This document shows, piece by piece, positions 1-7,984 of a stretch of 64,000 nt of DNA (within the stretch, counting starts at the first letter, position 1; each line of letters starts with the position of its first letter). The stretch is taken from positions 67,447 through 131,446 of the forward strand of contig JAKAGM010000001.1 of the NCBI GenBank assembly GCA_021815445.1, written 5' to 3'. The stretch is from a bacterium. GTDB taxonomy: Bacteria > Patescibacteriota > Patescibacteriia > UBA10025. Below the pieces are notes generated by a model. It worked only from the letters and a program-made list of their open reading frames with translations, was not told the DNA's origin and ran no database searches. The position numbers were made by a program, and so were the translations under genes.

Positions 1-75
1 TGTTCTATCGCCGGCCTCCCGTTCAGGGCCTGAGCCCTTCAGGGCCGAAGGCAGACAGTGCGCCGCGCGAGGGGA
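1..75 (+). repeat. Partial (3' portion) copy of a ~130-nt GC-rich structured intergenic repeat; full copies at 18322-18448 and 20538-20670
   Basis: 3' tail ...GGCAGACAGTGCGCCGCGCGAGGGG matches the tails ...GTTCAGACAGTGCGCCGCGAAC and ...GTTCAAACATGCGCCGCGAGGG of the two complete copies; contains its own GGGC/GCCC hairpin; truncated by window edge. Confidence 0.45.
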
Positions 76-214
76 AGATGCGTTTCTAATGTTTTTGCAT
101 GCCAGCCCTCTTCAAGACACCAAAACTAAGCCTAGCCGCAAGATCTGGTTGCAGTTCATTTTCATTAATGAGACGGTACTAGAGTTTAAGTTGAAAGAAG
201 TGAATAATCTTGCT

Positions 215-1303
215 ATGGTACCCTTGAAACCTATGGAATCCCACCGAGTTCACACTGTCGTCATGTATCCCCGGCCGCACCCCGATAACATCGTCGCGCT
301 ATGGCTTTTGCGTGAGTTTGGGGAGGAGTATTTTCCGGGCGTCAACGAGGCCAAGATCGACTTTTGGAACCAGGTGCCGGCGGGCAAGACTCCCGAACAG
401 TGGGAGTCGGAGGGATACCTGCTCATTGACCTTGGCGGCGGACGGTTTGACCATCACCACGAGGAGCATACGGACGATAAAACAACGTGCGCGACGACGC
501 TTGTCGCCCGCTATCTCGGCGTGGACCAGCGCCCGGAGCTTAAAAAACTTTTAGAATTTGTGCGTCGCGACGATCTGGAGGGGCGGGGGACCATGTCAAA
601 GGACACTATTGACCGTGCATTTGGTTTGTCTGCTGTCGTCATGAACCTGAACCGGGACTACCCGGATCACCCCGAATACGTGATTGAAGTGGTGACACGG
701 ATTGTCCTCGCGCATTATCATGAGGAGTACCGGCGAAAAGTGCTCATGCCCCAGGAGTGGAGCGAGCTTCTCCAACAGGGCAGAGCTTCACTTTTTGAAG
801 TGCAGACAGCCGCTGGAAAAGTCCGCGTGGTGCAGATGGAGACCGACTCAAAAGCCATGGTGGGCTTTGTCCGCGCGATCCGAACTATCGAAGCTGACGT
901 CGTCGTCCAGCGCCTCTCAAGCGGCCACACTAACATCGTGACCCGCCAGACTTCGCCCCGTCTGGACATGCGGCCGATAGCCGCCGCGGTGAGAAAGGCC
1001 GAAGCTGAAAAGAAACAGTACGAGACGGACGGCATATCCAAGGAACAATGGGAGAAGCCCCGCCGGCTCGAGGGGATCGACGAATGGTACTTCGATACAG
1101 CGGCTAATACCCTCCAAAACGGCGGCGCAGCGCGCACTGGGATTCCTCCCACCCAGCTAACACTAGAAGAGATAAAGGGTATCCTTATCCGCGAGCTCCC
1201 GCAATCGGTGCCGTTGCCCCGCCGTTCACCGCAGCATCTCGCCGACGAGCCGCGGACAATCCGCTTGGCCGATTTACCGCCCCGCACGAAGCGCGGCAGG
1301 TAA
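215..1303 (+). CDS. hypothetical protein, possible DHH-family phosphoesterase-like (motifs ...YPRPHPDNIVALWLL... and ...LIDLGGGRFDHHHEE...)
   Basis: ORF track 89..1303 (404 aa). The first 40 codons are AT-rich and look like leader, so the start is placed at the ATG at 215 (alternative ATGs at 89 and 233). PD/DHH-like motif spacing resembles NrnA-type DHH proteins. Confidence 0.4.
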   Translation: MVPLKPMESHRVHTVVMYPRPHPDNIVALWLLREFGEEYFPGVNEAKIDFWNQVPAGKTPEQWESEGYLLIDLGGGRFDHHHEEHTDDKTTCATTLVARYLGVDQRPELKKLLEFVRRDDLEGRGTMSKDTIDRAFGLSAVVMNLNRDYPDHPEYVIEVVTRIVLAHYHEEYRRKVLMPQEWSELLQQGRASLFEVQTAAGKVRVVQMETDSKAMVGFVRAIRTIEADVVVQRLSSGHTNIVTRQTSPRLDMRPIAAAVRKAEAEKKQYETDGISKEQWEKPRRLEGIDEWYFDTAANTLQNGGAARTGIPPTQLTLEEIKGILIRELPQSVPLPRRSPQHLADEPRTIRLADLPPRTKRGR

Positions 1304-1459
1304 GCGGTAAAGTACATACAATAATACTACCGTGTATTCGACAACGGGCGGCTTTCTGGTAATCAACCGTGCCGGAAACCTTGCCTCTTCGGAGACGTTC
1401 TGGTACTCTGATTACGCTTTAAAAAACAGAACATTCAACAACTTATAGGAGAAGAAATC

Positions 1460-1909
1460 ATGTCACTCATCAAGCTTAGTCCGATCGCAGAAACGTGCGG
1501 CGTGGAGGAGCGCCAGCTTACTCACGAGAGCTATTCTGTTGCTGCTGCTCCGACAAAGGATCATGCAAACAGTTCAGGGAAGGTCAGCGGGGGATTGCTC
1601 GCAACGCTCCTAGACGACACGATGGCCCGTTATCTGGCCCATGTTCTCGGCGTGCAGTCAATGATGACGTTGTCGCTCACCGTGCATTATCTCAGCGCGG
1701 TGCATGTAGGAAATATTCTCGCCATCTCCGTGCGCATTTCCCGCAAGGGGGACAAAATCTCCTATGCGGAGGGAACTATCGAATGCGGTGGCAATGTGGT
1801 CGCCCAAGCCATCGGCACGTTCGGCCATGCCGGTCCAAGGTTCCGGAATCTTGGGGAGCATGCGGGAGAGAAGTCCGAACAAGCGTCAGCCGTAGGCCTA
1901 AACGCTTGA
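1460..1909 (+). CDS. PaaI/4HBT-family hotdog-fold thioesterase
   Basis: 149 aa; ...SSGKVSGGLLATLLDDTMA...TLSLTVHYLSAVHVG...GNVVAQAIGTF... is typical of PaaI thioesterases; AGGAGA RBS 7 nt upstream of the ATG. Confidence 0.6.
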   Translation: MSLIKLSPIAETCGVEERQLTHESYSVAAAPTKDHANSSGKVSGGLLATLLDDTMARYLAHVLGVQSMMTLSLTVHYLSAVHVGNILAISVRISRKGDKISYAEGTIECGGNVVAQAIGTFGHAGPRFRNLGEHAGEKSEQASAVGLNA

Positions 1910-2095
1910 TTCCCATGGTTCATCTTTGCCACGGTCGGTTCATCCTTTGACTCTCATAGGATCTCTTACCGGTCGTGGTTTTTTTATTTGACCCCGTTAG
2001 AAAGTGTACAGGAACTTTTCTTAAGTATTTTAGGATTTTGAGTTCATGGAGGACTATTATTTCAATTTAAGTATTATGTACATTTTCTAACGGGG

Positions 2096-2125
2096 TTGAC
2101 ACTTGCCACCTTTTTTTGATAAAGT
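2096..2125 (+). promoter_or_regulatory. candidate sigma70-type promoter (TTGACA-N17-GATAAAG) for the 2184 gene; -35 overlaps one arm of a 12-bp inverted repeat
   Basis: TTGACA at 2096-2101, weak -10 ~2119-2125; gene start 60 nt downstream. Confidence 0.3.
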
Positions 2126-2183
2126 TTTTTAAATTGTCAAAACCTTGCGAAATAGGACGTTGTCAACCAGGAGGGAGAATACC

Positions 2184-3512
2184 ATGAAGTGGACCAGCAG
2201 GTTCGTCATGTGCGCGGCATTGTTTTGCCTCATGATCGCGCAGGTTTCGGCACAGCACGCGCCGAGCCGGGACACAACGAATGCCATGAGGTACTTCGAC
2301 AAAATCAAGCTCACCACCGGCCTGAAATGGCTGGACTATATGGTGGGAGATGTGAACCGTGGCACGTACAACGCCGAGAAATTGAACTTAGAAATCGGCA
2401 GCGAGGACTTTAATCTGTACACCTTCGACCTCAAGATGAACGGGTATCATGGAGTGGATCTCGCTGGACTCGGCGCCAACGCCAATGAACAGGCCTCGGG
2501 GTTCACCATTCCTGCGAACTCTGCACTCTCGTTTCGAGGGGTGTACAACAACTGGATTGAGTACGGTTCAAATGTGGCTACCCATGCCGGCGGAGTCTAT
2601 GCTGATTTCCAGCGGGACTCGACCTGGCAAGCCGAACTTGGTGTTGAACAGTTTTTCGCGAAGGCGCCGGAAGTCTACTTTGGGAACCTTATCCGGCGGA
2701 CAGGGGACAACTTTCCGCTCTTTGAACACGTGACGGCCGGGTATTCAGCTCGCTTTAACCAGGATGACGGGAGTGACCATCACTTTGAACACCGCTACCA
2801 GTTTGGAGGCATCATCCCGGTCGTTGACAGCGTCGCGTACATTGCCGGTTCCATAAGCGGGAGGCTGAACCCGGTATCCTGGAACAGTCACGATCGCGGA
2901 TACTATGTGGCGTTTGCACTTCCCGTGTCCTTTCAAGACACTAGCGGATGGGCGCCCAGCGCGTTCGTCAGCTTCAGGTCCAAACCAGGAAGCAAGAGCG
3001 CGATGGCGTTTGGGGGGTTCGGTGGAAAGGCCATCAACTTACCAGTGGTCAATGCTCTTCTCCAGTCCGGTTTTGAAACACAGTTGATTCCGACCCGCGT
3101 GGTGAACAATCGATCATTCAACATCGCTGTTCTCAGCGCGCATACAAGCGAGTTCGGCAGGCTCGCATGGGAGGCGGTCTGGTACAAGTTTGACATCTCG
3201 GAACATGTGTCTGCAGTCGAGTCTGAATACGGGCTGTACTACACGGTTCCAAACTGGTCCCCAGCAGGCCTTAAGAGATGCTTCGTCGGCGTGGTCGGCT
3301 CGCATGAAGACCAGATACTCTTTGACACTAAGACGTACCAGCTCAAGAGTACCGGCCACACGCAGTATATCGTCGAGCTCGGCGGGCGAGCGCGCATCGG
3401 CGTTCCTCGTGACCGTCGCAATGAAAAAGGATTCCTTCGCGTCGGCATATCAACGCTCCTCGGCAGCTCCGGCTACGAGGGCACCATGCTCGAGGCGACG
3501 GCATGGTTTTGA
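2184..3512 (+). CDS. secreted beta-barrel-like protein (possible porin / outer-membrane-type protein)
   Basis: The ORF track starts at a TTG at 2145. The real start is probably the ATG at 2184, preceded by AGGAGGGA. It has an N-terminal signal peptide (MKWTSRFVMCAALFCLMIAQVSAQ), an alternating beta-strand-like composition rich in G/Y/S/N, and a C-terminal ...EATAWF ending in Phe like OMP beta-barrels. Confidence 0.45.
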   Translation: MKWTSRFVMCAALFCLMIAQVSAQHAPSRDTTNAMRYFDKIKLTTGLKWLDYMVGDVNRGTYNAEKLNLEIGSEDFNLYTFDLKMNGYHGVDLAGLGANANEQASGFTIPANSALSFRGVYNNWIEYGSNVATHAGGVYADFQRDSTWQAELGVEQFFAKAPEVYFGNLIRRTGDNFPLFEHVTAGYSARFNQDDGSDHHFEHRYQFGGIIPVVDSVAYIAGSISGRLNPVSWNSHDRGYYVAFALPVSFQDTSGWAPSAFVSFRSKPGSKSAMAFGGFGGKAINLPVVNALLQSGFETQLIPTRVVNNRSFNIAVLSAHTSEFGRLAWEAVWYKFDISEHVSAVESEYGLYYTVPNWSPAGLKRCFVGVVGSHEDQILFDTKTYQLKSTGHTQYIVELGGRARIGVPRDRRNEKGFLRVGISTLLGSSGYEGTMLEATAWF

Positions 3513-3529
3513 ACATTACAGTTTGTTTC

Positions 3530-3559
3530 GGCATCCAACTTGTGCGGATGCCTTTTTTT
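3530..3559 (+). terminator. rho-independent terminator (GGCATCC-loop-GGATGCC + T7)
   Basis: perfect 7-bp GC stem followed by TTTTTTT, 18 nt after the stop at 3512. Confidence 0.6.
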
Positions 3560-3561
3560 AT

Positions 3562-3591
3562 TTGACACGCACTACCCTTTTTCAATAAGAT
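3562..3591 (+). promoter_or_regulatory. candidate promoter TTGACA-N18-TAAGAT for the 3647 gene
   Basis: consensus -35; AAGGAGG RBS then GTG start at 3647. Confidence 0.35.
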
Positions 3592-3646
3592 AGAGTCAAC
3601 GATAACGAAACATACATCGTCATTTCCCATCTCAAGGAGGAGTACC

Positions 3647-4420
3647 GTGTCCACAAAAAGCGTTCTGCTCGTCGCACTGGCAATCGGCCTTGTCACGCTG
3701 GTAGCTTCAACACCTACCTACTGGTTCGACTTGCTGCCGTGCTACGGGTTTATTCTGGCAGTGCTTCTCATGGTCCCGGGCGCCAGTAGCCGGTTAGGGC
3801 ATGTGGCTATTGTGCTCGTGCTTGGCTTTACTTTTTTCCTACTCTACACCTTCAAGCTCCAGATGCCGGAATATCTGCTGAGATATTTCACGAGGCCCGG
3901 TCTCGTCATCGGCCGCGGAATGGTCATCTTCGAGACAGTGGCCCTGGGCATTTTGGCTGTCCTGATGCCGAAGGATTTTAAGATTCCTTATGGCATCCGG
4001 GAAATGGACGGCAATAAGCAAGCGATGCTGATTCTCGCTATCTACTGTGCCGTCTCCATCATAGTGCGTAAGACATGCGGTGAGCAGGCATTCAACATTT
4101 TCTTTTTCCTCTTTTCCATCCCAGCGGCCTTCACAATCCTGTTTGTGGAGCTGGCAAGCCCACGCTTCATCACTGCCTGTGGTATAGCTGTAGTTGGATT
4201 ATCCATAGTCGGGATCTTTATGAAGCTGAACATGGTGCAGGCTCTATCCGCTCATCAGGTTGTACTTACCGCCATGATGGCATGTACGGTGATTTTTGCC
4301 GCGATCCTGTACCTTTTCCGCCTGCCGACGGCTGGGGAGGCATCGGCAAGAACTTCTACAAGTTTTACTGATCTCTCTCAGACAACTCCGTATGACGGAG
4401 CACCGTCACGCACTCCTTGA
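3647..4420 (+). CDS. integral membrane protein, ~7 TM, hypothetical
   Basis: GTG start with AAGGAGG 6 nt upstream; strongly hydrophobic 257-aa product. Confidence 0.5.
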   Translation: MSTKSVLLVALAIGLVTLVASTPTYWFDLLPCYGFILAVLLMVPGASSRLGHVAIVLVLGFTFFLLYTFKLQMPEYLLRYFTRPGLVIGRGMVIFETVALGILAVLMPKDFKIPYGIREMDGNKQAMLILAIYCAVSIIVRKTCGEQAFNIFFFLFSIPAAFTILFVELASPRFITACGIAVVGLSIVGIFMKLNMVQALSAHQVVLTAMMACTVIFAAILYLFRLPTAGEASARTSTSFTDLSQTTPYDGAPSRTP

Positions 4421-4520
4421 ACTTCCGTGAGTTGTCCTATTTGCGGCGTTTCCATTCTGGATCGCCGTTTTTTCATATCTAAAACAAGAGGGGTGGCCCA
4501 GTCACTCGCGAGCAGTGGGG

Positions 4521-4549
4521 TTGACATGTCCACGCGTCTGTGATAGTGT
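4521..4549 (+). promoter_or_regulatory. sigma70-like promoter TTGACA-N17-TAGTGT
   Basis: exact -35, 17-nt spacer, TAnnnT -10; same architecture and -10 hexamer as the paralogous promoter at 5068-5096. Confidence 0.45.
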
Positions 4550-4628
4550 GAAGTGCTCTTTGTACAACGAATAGGACTCAATTGCGGGCATAGGATGCCT
4601 GAACGTTCGTTGGAAAAAGGAGTCTCCA

Positions 4629-5003
4629 ATGTCAGTGCCGAGAATACCGGTGATTTTCGTTGCGGGACGAAATGATCTGGGTATCCCCAAAGACGTTTGC
4701 GAACAGATTCGCACCGTGACACCGGCATCCGTCGCCGTCACCAAATCTGTCGCGACCCTTACGCAGTTTTGTGAGGAATCAGTCGTCCCGGATCTGGTCA
4801 TCGTGACCAATCTGGAGAATACGGGGATCGACACGCCGACCGTAATCAAACGGCTCCGTGAGCTCGGTATACAGGTTGCCGTGATGGTGAGCACGCTCAC
4901 CGAATCGGCAATCAGAAGCATGGGAGTGCACATCATCCGGAAACCGGCGCGATTGGGCCCGCTCATTGAGTGCGTCATACGCGCGCTTCCGGCCAGGGCG
5001 TAG
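4629..5003 (+). CDS. single-domain pseudo-receiver (CheY-like fold, phospho-acceptor Asp replaced: ...DLVIVTNLEN...)
   Basis: 124 aa; AAGGAG RBS. Aligns to the CheY receiver fold with conserved T/S (MVSTL) and K (IRKP) but TN at the D57 position and no acidic pair. Confidence 0.55.
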   Translation: MSVPRIPVIFVAGRNDLGIPKDVCEQIRTVTPASVAVTKSVATLTQFCEESVVPDLVIVTNLENTGIDTPTVIKRLRELGIQVAVMVSTLTESAIRSMGVHIIRKPARLGPLIECVIRALPARA

Positions 5004-5024
5004 CAAGTTGTATCTGCACGCCAC

Positions 5025-5060
5025 GCCGCCACCCTACGTTCTCTTGGTGGCGGTTCTTTT
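5025..5060 (+). terminator. rho-independent terminator (GCCGCCACC ... GGTGGCGG + TTCTTTT)
   Basis: 8-9 bp GC stem plus T-run 20 nt after the stop. Confidence 0.6.
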
Positions 5061-5067
5061 GTTACAC

Positions 5068-5096
5068 TTGACGAAATGAAAAGCTTGCGTTAGTGT
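5068..5096 (+). promoter_or_regulatory. sigma70-like promoter TTGACG-N17-TAGTGT
   Basis: same -10 hexamer and spacing as the promoter at 4521-4549. Confidence 0.45.
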
Positions 5097-5166
5097 ACGT
5101 TATTCGACATCATAGGTAAGCCAAAAAAGAAACCCCAAAAAACTGCTCATTCGAAAGGAGTATGCT

Positions 5167-5547
5167 ATGCTTCCAAGTGATTTGCGGATTGTCGTAATGG
5201 GCAAGACCGAAGACATGCCCAGAACGATCACGGAGGAAATTCAGGCCATGTTGCCATCAGCGTTGGTTGAGACCTGGCCGGCAACGCGGAACATCCCTGA
5301 GGGACCGACGGGGTTCAACCTTTGTGTGCTGACGAACAGCACATTCGAGGACGGGTTGACCGCTGTCCAGATCATCGAGGCCAACCCTCGTCCCAGCTTC
5401 CTGATCTTCGTGGATGGTGATACGAGGTCCCAGTTTGAGGGCGCCGGGAGTAATGTTCACCTGGTGGACAAGCCTGCTACGGCAATGAAGCTGGTCGCCG
5501 CAATCCTCGAAGCGGTGCCGGATGAGGAGTTTGCCGCTACTGAGTAG
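5167..5547 (+). CDS. single-domain pseudo-receiver, paralog of 4629..5003 (...FNLCVLTNSTFEDGL..., ...VDKP...)
   Basis: 126 aa; AAGGAG RBS; receiver-like fold with TN replacing the phospho-acceptor Asp, Lys retained. Confidence 0.55.
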   Translation: MLPSDLRIVVMGKTEDMPRTITEEIQAMLPSALVETWPATRNIPEGPTGFNLCVLTNSTFEDGLTAVQIIEANPRPSFLIFVDGDTRSQFEGAGSNVHLVDKPATAMKLVAAILEAVPDEEFAATE

Positions 5548-5575
5548 CTCGTGCAGACTAACAGCAATGTGCTTT

Positions 5576-5606
5576 GCCTCTGTCATGGATGACGGAGGCC
5601 TTTTTT
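5576..5606 (+). terminator. probable terminator (GCCTC-14 nt loop-GAGGC + T6)
   Basis: short GC stem followed by TTTTTT; overlaps the TTG start at 5605 proposed by the ORF track for the next gene. Confidence 0.4.
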
Positions 5607-5634
5607 GTTGCACGTTAAAGGGTATTCTGTTACA

Positions 5635-6384
5635 ATGTGGAAACATTCCACATCCATTATGAACGGAGAAGTAGACAACCAGCCGCTTACAAAAAAACAA
5701 CGACGTGCACTGCGCCGAGAAGAACGCAGGCTTGAAGTGGCAAAGGGGCATCGTAAAGGCGTCATCGGCAAGATTGTTGTTGTCGCCAGCGTCGTTGTGG
5801 TTATCGGGGGGATTGGCTGGCTGATCGTGAAAGGCGGAGGCGGCGCAACAACTCCGCTCGCGCCTGACAATGACCCCTTCAAAGGGTCTGTCACGGCAAA
5901 GGTAGTTATTAATGAGTTTTCTGACCTGCAGTGTCCCGCATGCAAAGCGGCTGAGCCTGTCATTAAGCAGGTGATAGACACCTACGGGGACAAAATAAAG
6001 TTCATCTATAATAATTTCCCTATTCCGTCGCACCAAAACGGCAGAAATTCTGCCATTGCCGGCGAATGCGCCTTCGACCAGGGCAAATTCTGGGAGTTCC
6101 ATGATTTACTTTTTGACAAGCAGGATACCTGGGGTAACATTTCGAATCCGAAAGACACCTTTGTCGCTGATGCTATCTCGCTTGGGATGGACGGCACAAA
6201 ATTTGCCGCGTGCTATGACGGTTCAGACGCAAAGAAGAGGGTAGACTATGACGAGTCCGAAGGCAACGCAGCCGGAGTGAACTCCACGCCGACATTTATA
6301 ATCAACGGGCAAAAGATAGTCGGCGCCCAGCCTTTTGAAGAATTTAAGAAAGTCATTGACGCCAAACTGTCTGCTGTCCAATAA
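5635..6384 (+). CDS. membrane-anchored DsbA-family thiol:disulfide oxidoreductase (CPAC active site)
   Basis: N-terminal TM helix (IGKIVVVASVVVVIGGIGWLIV) then a thioredoxin fold with ...LQCPACKAAEP... and ...STPTFIINGQKIVGAQP...; start uncertain (ATG 5635 or 5659; the track TTG 5605 lies inside a terminator). Confidence 0.65.
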   Translation: MWKHSTSIMNGEVDNQPLTKKQRRALRREERRLEVAKGHRKGVIGKIVVVASVVVVIGGIGWLIVKGGGGATTPLAPDNDPFKGSVTAKVVINEFSDLQCPACKAAEPVIKQVIDTYGDKIKFIYNNFPIPSHQNGRNSAIAGECAFDQGKFWEFHDLLFDKQDTWGNISNPKDTFVADAISLGMDGTKFAACYDGSDAKKRVDYDESEGNAAGVNSTPTFIINGQKIVGAQPFEEFKKVIDAKLSAVQ

Positions 6385-6432
6385 TTCATTTCCCGCCGCA
6401 ATGAGCGGAGGGAGTCCTTTCGCGTACATACT

Positions 6433-6909
6433 ATGATCCAAACTCGTAAAGCTTCACTCAAAGACGGTCCCGTCATCATCGGGCTGCTTTCCGCATTTTA
6501 CAACTTTTCAGATCCCGAGGAGGCTTGGGAAGTTTTTCACCGGGAAATGTCCTTGCACTATCATTTCAGGGTAGCAGAGGAGGAAGGCGAAATACTCGGC
6601 GTCATGAGCTGGAGGATGCACGGCCTGCCCAAGCACGGCATCATGAAGCTCAAGCGGATTGCCGTCGCGCGTGAATATCCCGACAGGGAGGCGGTGCTCG
6701 AAATGCTTTTTGATTCGACAGTCGCTGATGCTGATTATTATTACCGCCAGCAGGAGTCCCAGCTGAGAAAAGTGTACATAGTCACACCTCAGCAAAATTC
6801 TTTCGTTCAAAGTTTCATGGAAGAAAAAGGGATGACGCTTGAAGCCGTCCTGCGAAGCCACTACTACCAGGGCAGGGACGAATGCATGTATTCGCTGTTC
6901 ACAGCGTAA
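6433..6909 (+). CDS. GNAT-fold acetyltransferase-like protein with degenerate acetyl-CoA motif
   Basis: 158 aa; GNAT-like secondary-structure pattern (...ILGVMSW..., ...RIAVAREYPDREAV..., ...NSFVQSFMEEKGM...YYQGRDECMYSL); the Q/RxxGxG/A motif is not conserved. Confidence 0.4.
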   Translation: MIQTRKASLKDGPVIIGLLSAFYNFSDPEEAWEVFHREMSLHYHFRVAEEEGEILGVMSWRMHGLPKHGIMKLKRIAVAREYPDREAVLEMLFDSTVADADYYYRQQESQLRKVYIVTPQQNSFVQSFMEEKGMTLEAVLRSHYYQGRDECMYSLFTA

Positions 6910-7071
6910 TACGTATTGGTGCATACGCTGCAATATGGGGTACCGTCCACCTCGTAGACTCGGAGTGGTGTGTTTTAAGTTCGTTGAGATTGACGCAATT
7001 TAATATTCGGGAATATACTTTTAACAGTCGAAAACAAGCGAACAAAGGTCGTTTCAAAACCGGAGGGAAGA

Positions 7072-7473
7072 ATGCCAAAAAATGGGAGTTTGCTGGACGT
7101 CCTGATGTGGGTGGTCGGCGCAACGCTCGGTCTTGCACAGCTATTTCTGCTTCATAGCAGGGGCGCGGCTGTTCTCATGCTGTTTGCCACGTTGTTGTTA
7201 GCGGCCATCAGCTACTATGCCACTATAGAGAGTTGCATGAACCAAAGCCACGAAGTATTTCGCAAACTGTGGTGGCACGGCGGGCTCAAGGAGATCATCA
7301 AGTTCTTGGCCGCACTGGATGCCTTGATGTTGTTTTTGGCTGTGTCTACGGCCCTCGGGAGTTACACTGTATTTTGGCCCGGGGTAATAGCCAGTATTGT
7401 GGCGCTGAATGTCGCCGCGCTCTTTAGCGGTTTGTTTGCCGCGCTGCGTACCCATCTCGACCTCGTTAACTAA
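7072..7473 (+). CDS. small integral membrane protein (3-4 TM), hypothetical
   Basis: GGAGGGAAGA RBS; hydrophobic 133-aa product. Confidence 0.45.
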   Translation: MPKNGSLLDVLMWVVGATLGLAQLFLLHSRGAAVLMLFATLLLAAISYYATIESCMNQSHEVFRKLWWHGGLKEIIKFLAALDALMLFLAVSTALGSYTVFWPGVIASIVALNVAALFSGLFAALRTHLDLVN

Positions 7474-7490
7474 TTTACAAGGATTCTACT

Positions 7491-7526
7491 GCTGGCCACG
7501 TTTGCTCGTGAGCCAGTATTTTTTTG
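7491..7526 (+). terminator. rho-independent terminator (CTGGC ... GCCAG + T7)
   Basis: stem-loop plus TATTTTTTT 20 nt after the stop. Confidence 0.5.
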
Positions 7527-7534
7527 CCGCATCT

Positions 7535-7563
7535 TTGACTTTTTCTCAAAAAAATGCTAAAAT
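7535..7563 (+). promoter_or_regulatory. sigma70-like promoter TTGACT-N17-TAAAAT
   Basis: good -35/-10 with 17-nt spacer, 22 nt upstream of the ATG at 7586. Confidence 0.5.
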
Positions 7564-7585
7564 AAACAAGTAAAAAATAAAAAAT

Positions 7586-7981
7586 ATGGCGAAAAACGCT
7601 GCAAAGGCGGCAACGAAGTACATTATTGTCGAAGTTGTTCTTGATATCGTCTATTTTCCCGTCTGGTGGTATACCAAGGGGCTGGCGAAACTCGCCCGTT
7701 TTTGTTTTGAAAGCGTTGAAAGGATGGCCGGCAACCTCTCACTCGGTATCTGGATGAAGAATATGTTTACGCCGATGTTCGGCCAGTACGACTGGCAGGG
7801 GAGACTGATCAGCTTCATGATGCGTACCGTCATGCTTGTCTACAAATTTATTGTCTTTATTATCTGGCTGGCGATAATCCTGATTCTTTTTGTCGGATGG
7901 GTTGCGGCGCCTTTGGTCGTCGTGTATTACATCTTTTATCAGTGGTTTCATATTCCTTTTCCTTCTTTTGTCACGCGTTAA
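7586..7981 (+). CDS. small integral membrane protein (2-3 TM, Trp/Tyr-rich), hypothetical; first gene of an operon with the Clp-like ATPase
   Basis: 131 aa hydrophobic; stop at 7981 is 4 nt before the start of the next gene. Confidence 0.45.
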   Translation: MAKNAAKAATKYIIVEVVLDIVYFPVWWYTKGLAKLARFCFESVERMAGNLSLGIWMKNMFTPMFGQYDWQGRLISFMMRTVMLVYKFIVFIIWLAIILILFVGWVAAPLVVVYYIFYQWFHIPFPSFVTR

Positions 7982-7984
7982 CCT

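Noticed and set aside
718-1317. Long antisense ORFs inside annotated genes (for example 718-1317 -, 5257-6102 -, 8848-9462 -, 9865-10542 -, 22636-23442 -, 43669-44472 -, 47098-47697 -)
   Set aside because: They are shadow ORFs, typical of GC-rich DNA. They lie opposite genes whose products have clear homology and have no RBS or recognisable product
1495-1950. 151-aa ORF overlapping the PaaI thioesterase gene in another frame
   Set aside because: It is an alternative frame of a homologous, well-supported gene. Its Arg/Cys-rich product is a GC-frame artefact
5605-5634. TTG start at 5605 for the DsbA-like gene
   Set aside because: It is embedded in the T-run of the upstream terminator hairpin. 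A downstream ATG (5635 or 5659) is preferred
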